DNA of 53,242 nucleotides. It comes from Escherichia phage CF2. The position numbers and the translations under genes are program-made. The notes under the pieces are model-generated. The model had not been told where the DNA came from, did not search any database, and saw only the letters and a list, made by a program, of their open reading frames with translations. Below are positions 52,939 to 53,242 of this stretch, in pieces. The stretch is taken from sequence record KY608966. One strand, given 5' to 3'. Numbering within the stretch: position 1 is the first letter of the stretch; each line of letters starts with the position of its first letter.

Positions 52939-53242
52939 AAAAAAATTTACGCCGGCGAAAAATAATAAAAAACCGGATTGATAAATAAATCTGTAGACGT
53001 TTACACGACCTTTATATAGATGTTATAATAACTATCTAAAGTCCAGCAAAGGTATTGTAATGAATATACAACAGGAAGTACAAGCTGAATTTGATTATGT
53101 TGATGGCATGTTGTATCGTAAACATAGCCACGGTAACGTCAAGCAAGGCGATAAATTTGGTACCGTAGTACCAGCAGGATACATTGAAGGCTTTTTCAAA
53201 AATAAGAAGACGTCTTTGCACGTTCTTGTCTGGCAATGGCAC
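52939..53242. repeat. Direct terminal redundancy, right copy (identical to 1-304)
   Basis: Exact duplicate of the window start; cut by the window end. Confidence 0.9.
53060..53242 (+). CDS. Second copy of the 5' end of the HNH endonuclease gene within the terminal repeat (truncated by window end)
   Basis: Identical to 122-304. Confidence 0.5.
   Translation, partial: MNIQQEVQAEFDYVDGMLYRKHSHGNVKQGDKFGTVVPAGYIEGFFKNKKTSLHVLVWQWH

Noticed and set aside
1-53242. Search for phage RNA polymerase, integrase, repressor/Cro, CRISPR arrays or tRNA genes
   Set aside because: No ORF with polymerase-like size or motifs, no recombinase-like ORF, no repeat-spacer array and no convincing tRNA cloverleaf found by eye. 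The genome looks strictly lytic and host-polymerase-dependent.

Overview
The window appears to be a complete ~52.9-kb genome of a virulent, contractile-tailed dsDNA phage of a Gram-negative host. The first 304 bp (1-304) recur exactly at 52939-53242, so the sequence is terminally redundant or a circular assembly opened with overlap. Layout: (i) 122-1052 (+) HNH endonuclease and a VRR-NUC-like nuclease; (ii) 1049-4117 (-) a leftward early operon of about eleven small, mostly acidic or membrane proteins separated by a conserved stem-loop/leader element; (iii) 4120-4925, an ~800-bp repeat-rich non-coding control region; (iv) 4938-34077 (+) a long rightward unit: nucleotide metabolism (DHFR, thymidylate-kinase-like kinase), terminase, portal, scaffold, capsid, neck, a 985-aa virion protein, two Ig-like (BIG2) repeat proteins, sheath, tube, chaperone with a predicted -1 frameshift, tape measure, baseplate, tail fibre and two paralogous fibre-assembly genes, then a pinholin / SAR-endolysin / spanin lysis cassette; (v) 49601-34093 (-) a replication and nucleotide-metabolism operon (family-A DNA polymerase, SF2 helicase, RecB/Cas4-like exonuclease, Sak4-like ATPase, SSB-like protein, dCMP deaminase, thymidylate-synthase-family enzyme, MazG-like NTP pyrophosphohydrolase, TraR/DksA-like zinc finger); (vi) 49755-52596 (+) a primase-helicase. 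No phage RNA polymerase, integrase, repressor, tRNA or CRISPR array was found. Transcription signals are host sigma70-like, mostly TTTAC(T/A)-N17/18-TATAAT. The most interesting lead is that the single thymidylate-synthase homologue carries Asp where all thymidylate synthases carry the dUMP-specifying Asn, and it overlaps a MazG-like gene, suggesting cytosine modification (5-methyl- or 5-hydroxymethyl-dC). Other leads are a ~560-nt structured non-coding locus behind an A/E/K-repeat protein gene, and the repeated hairpin/leader elements of the early region. All functions are inferred by eye from motifs; no database search was run.
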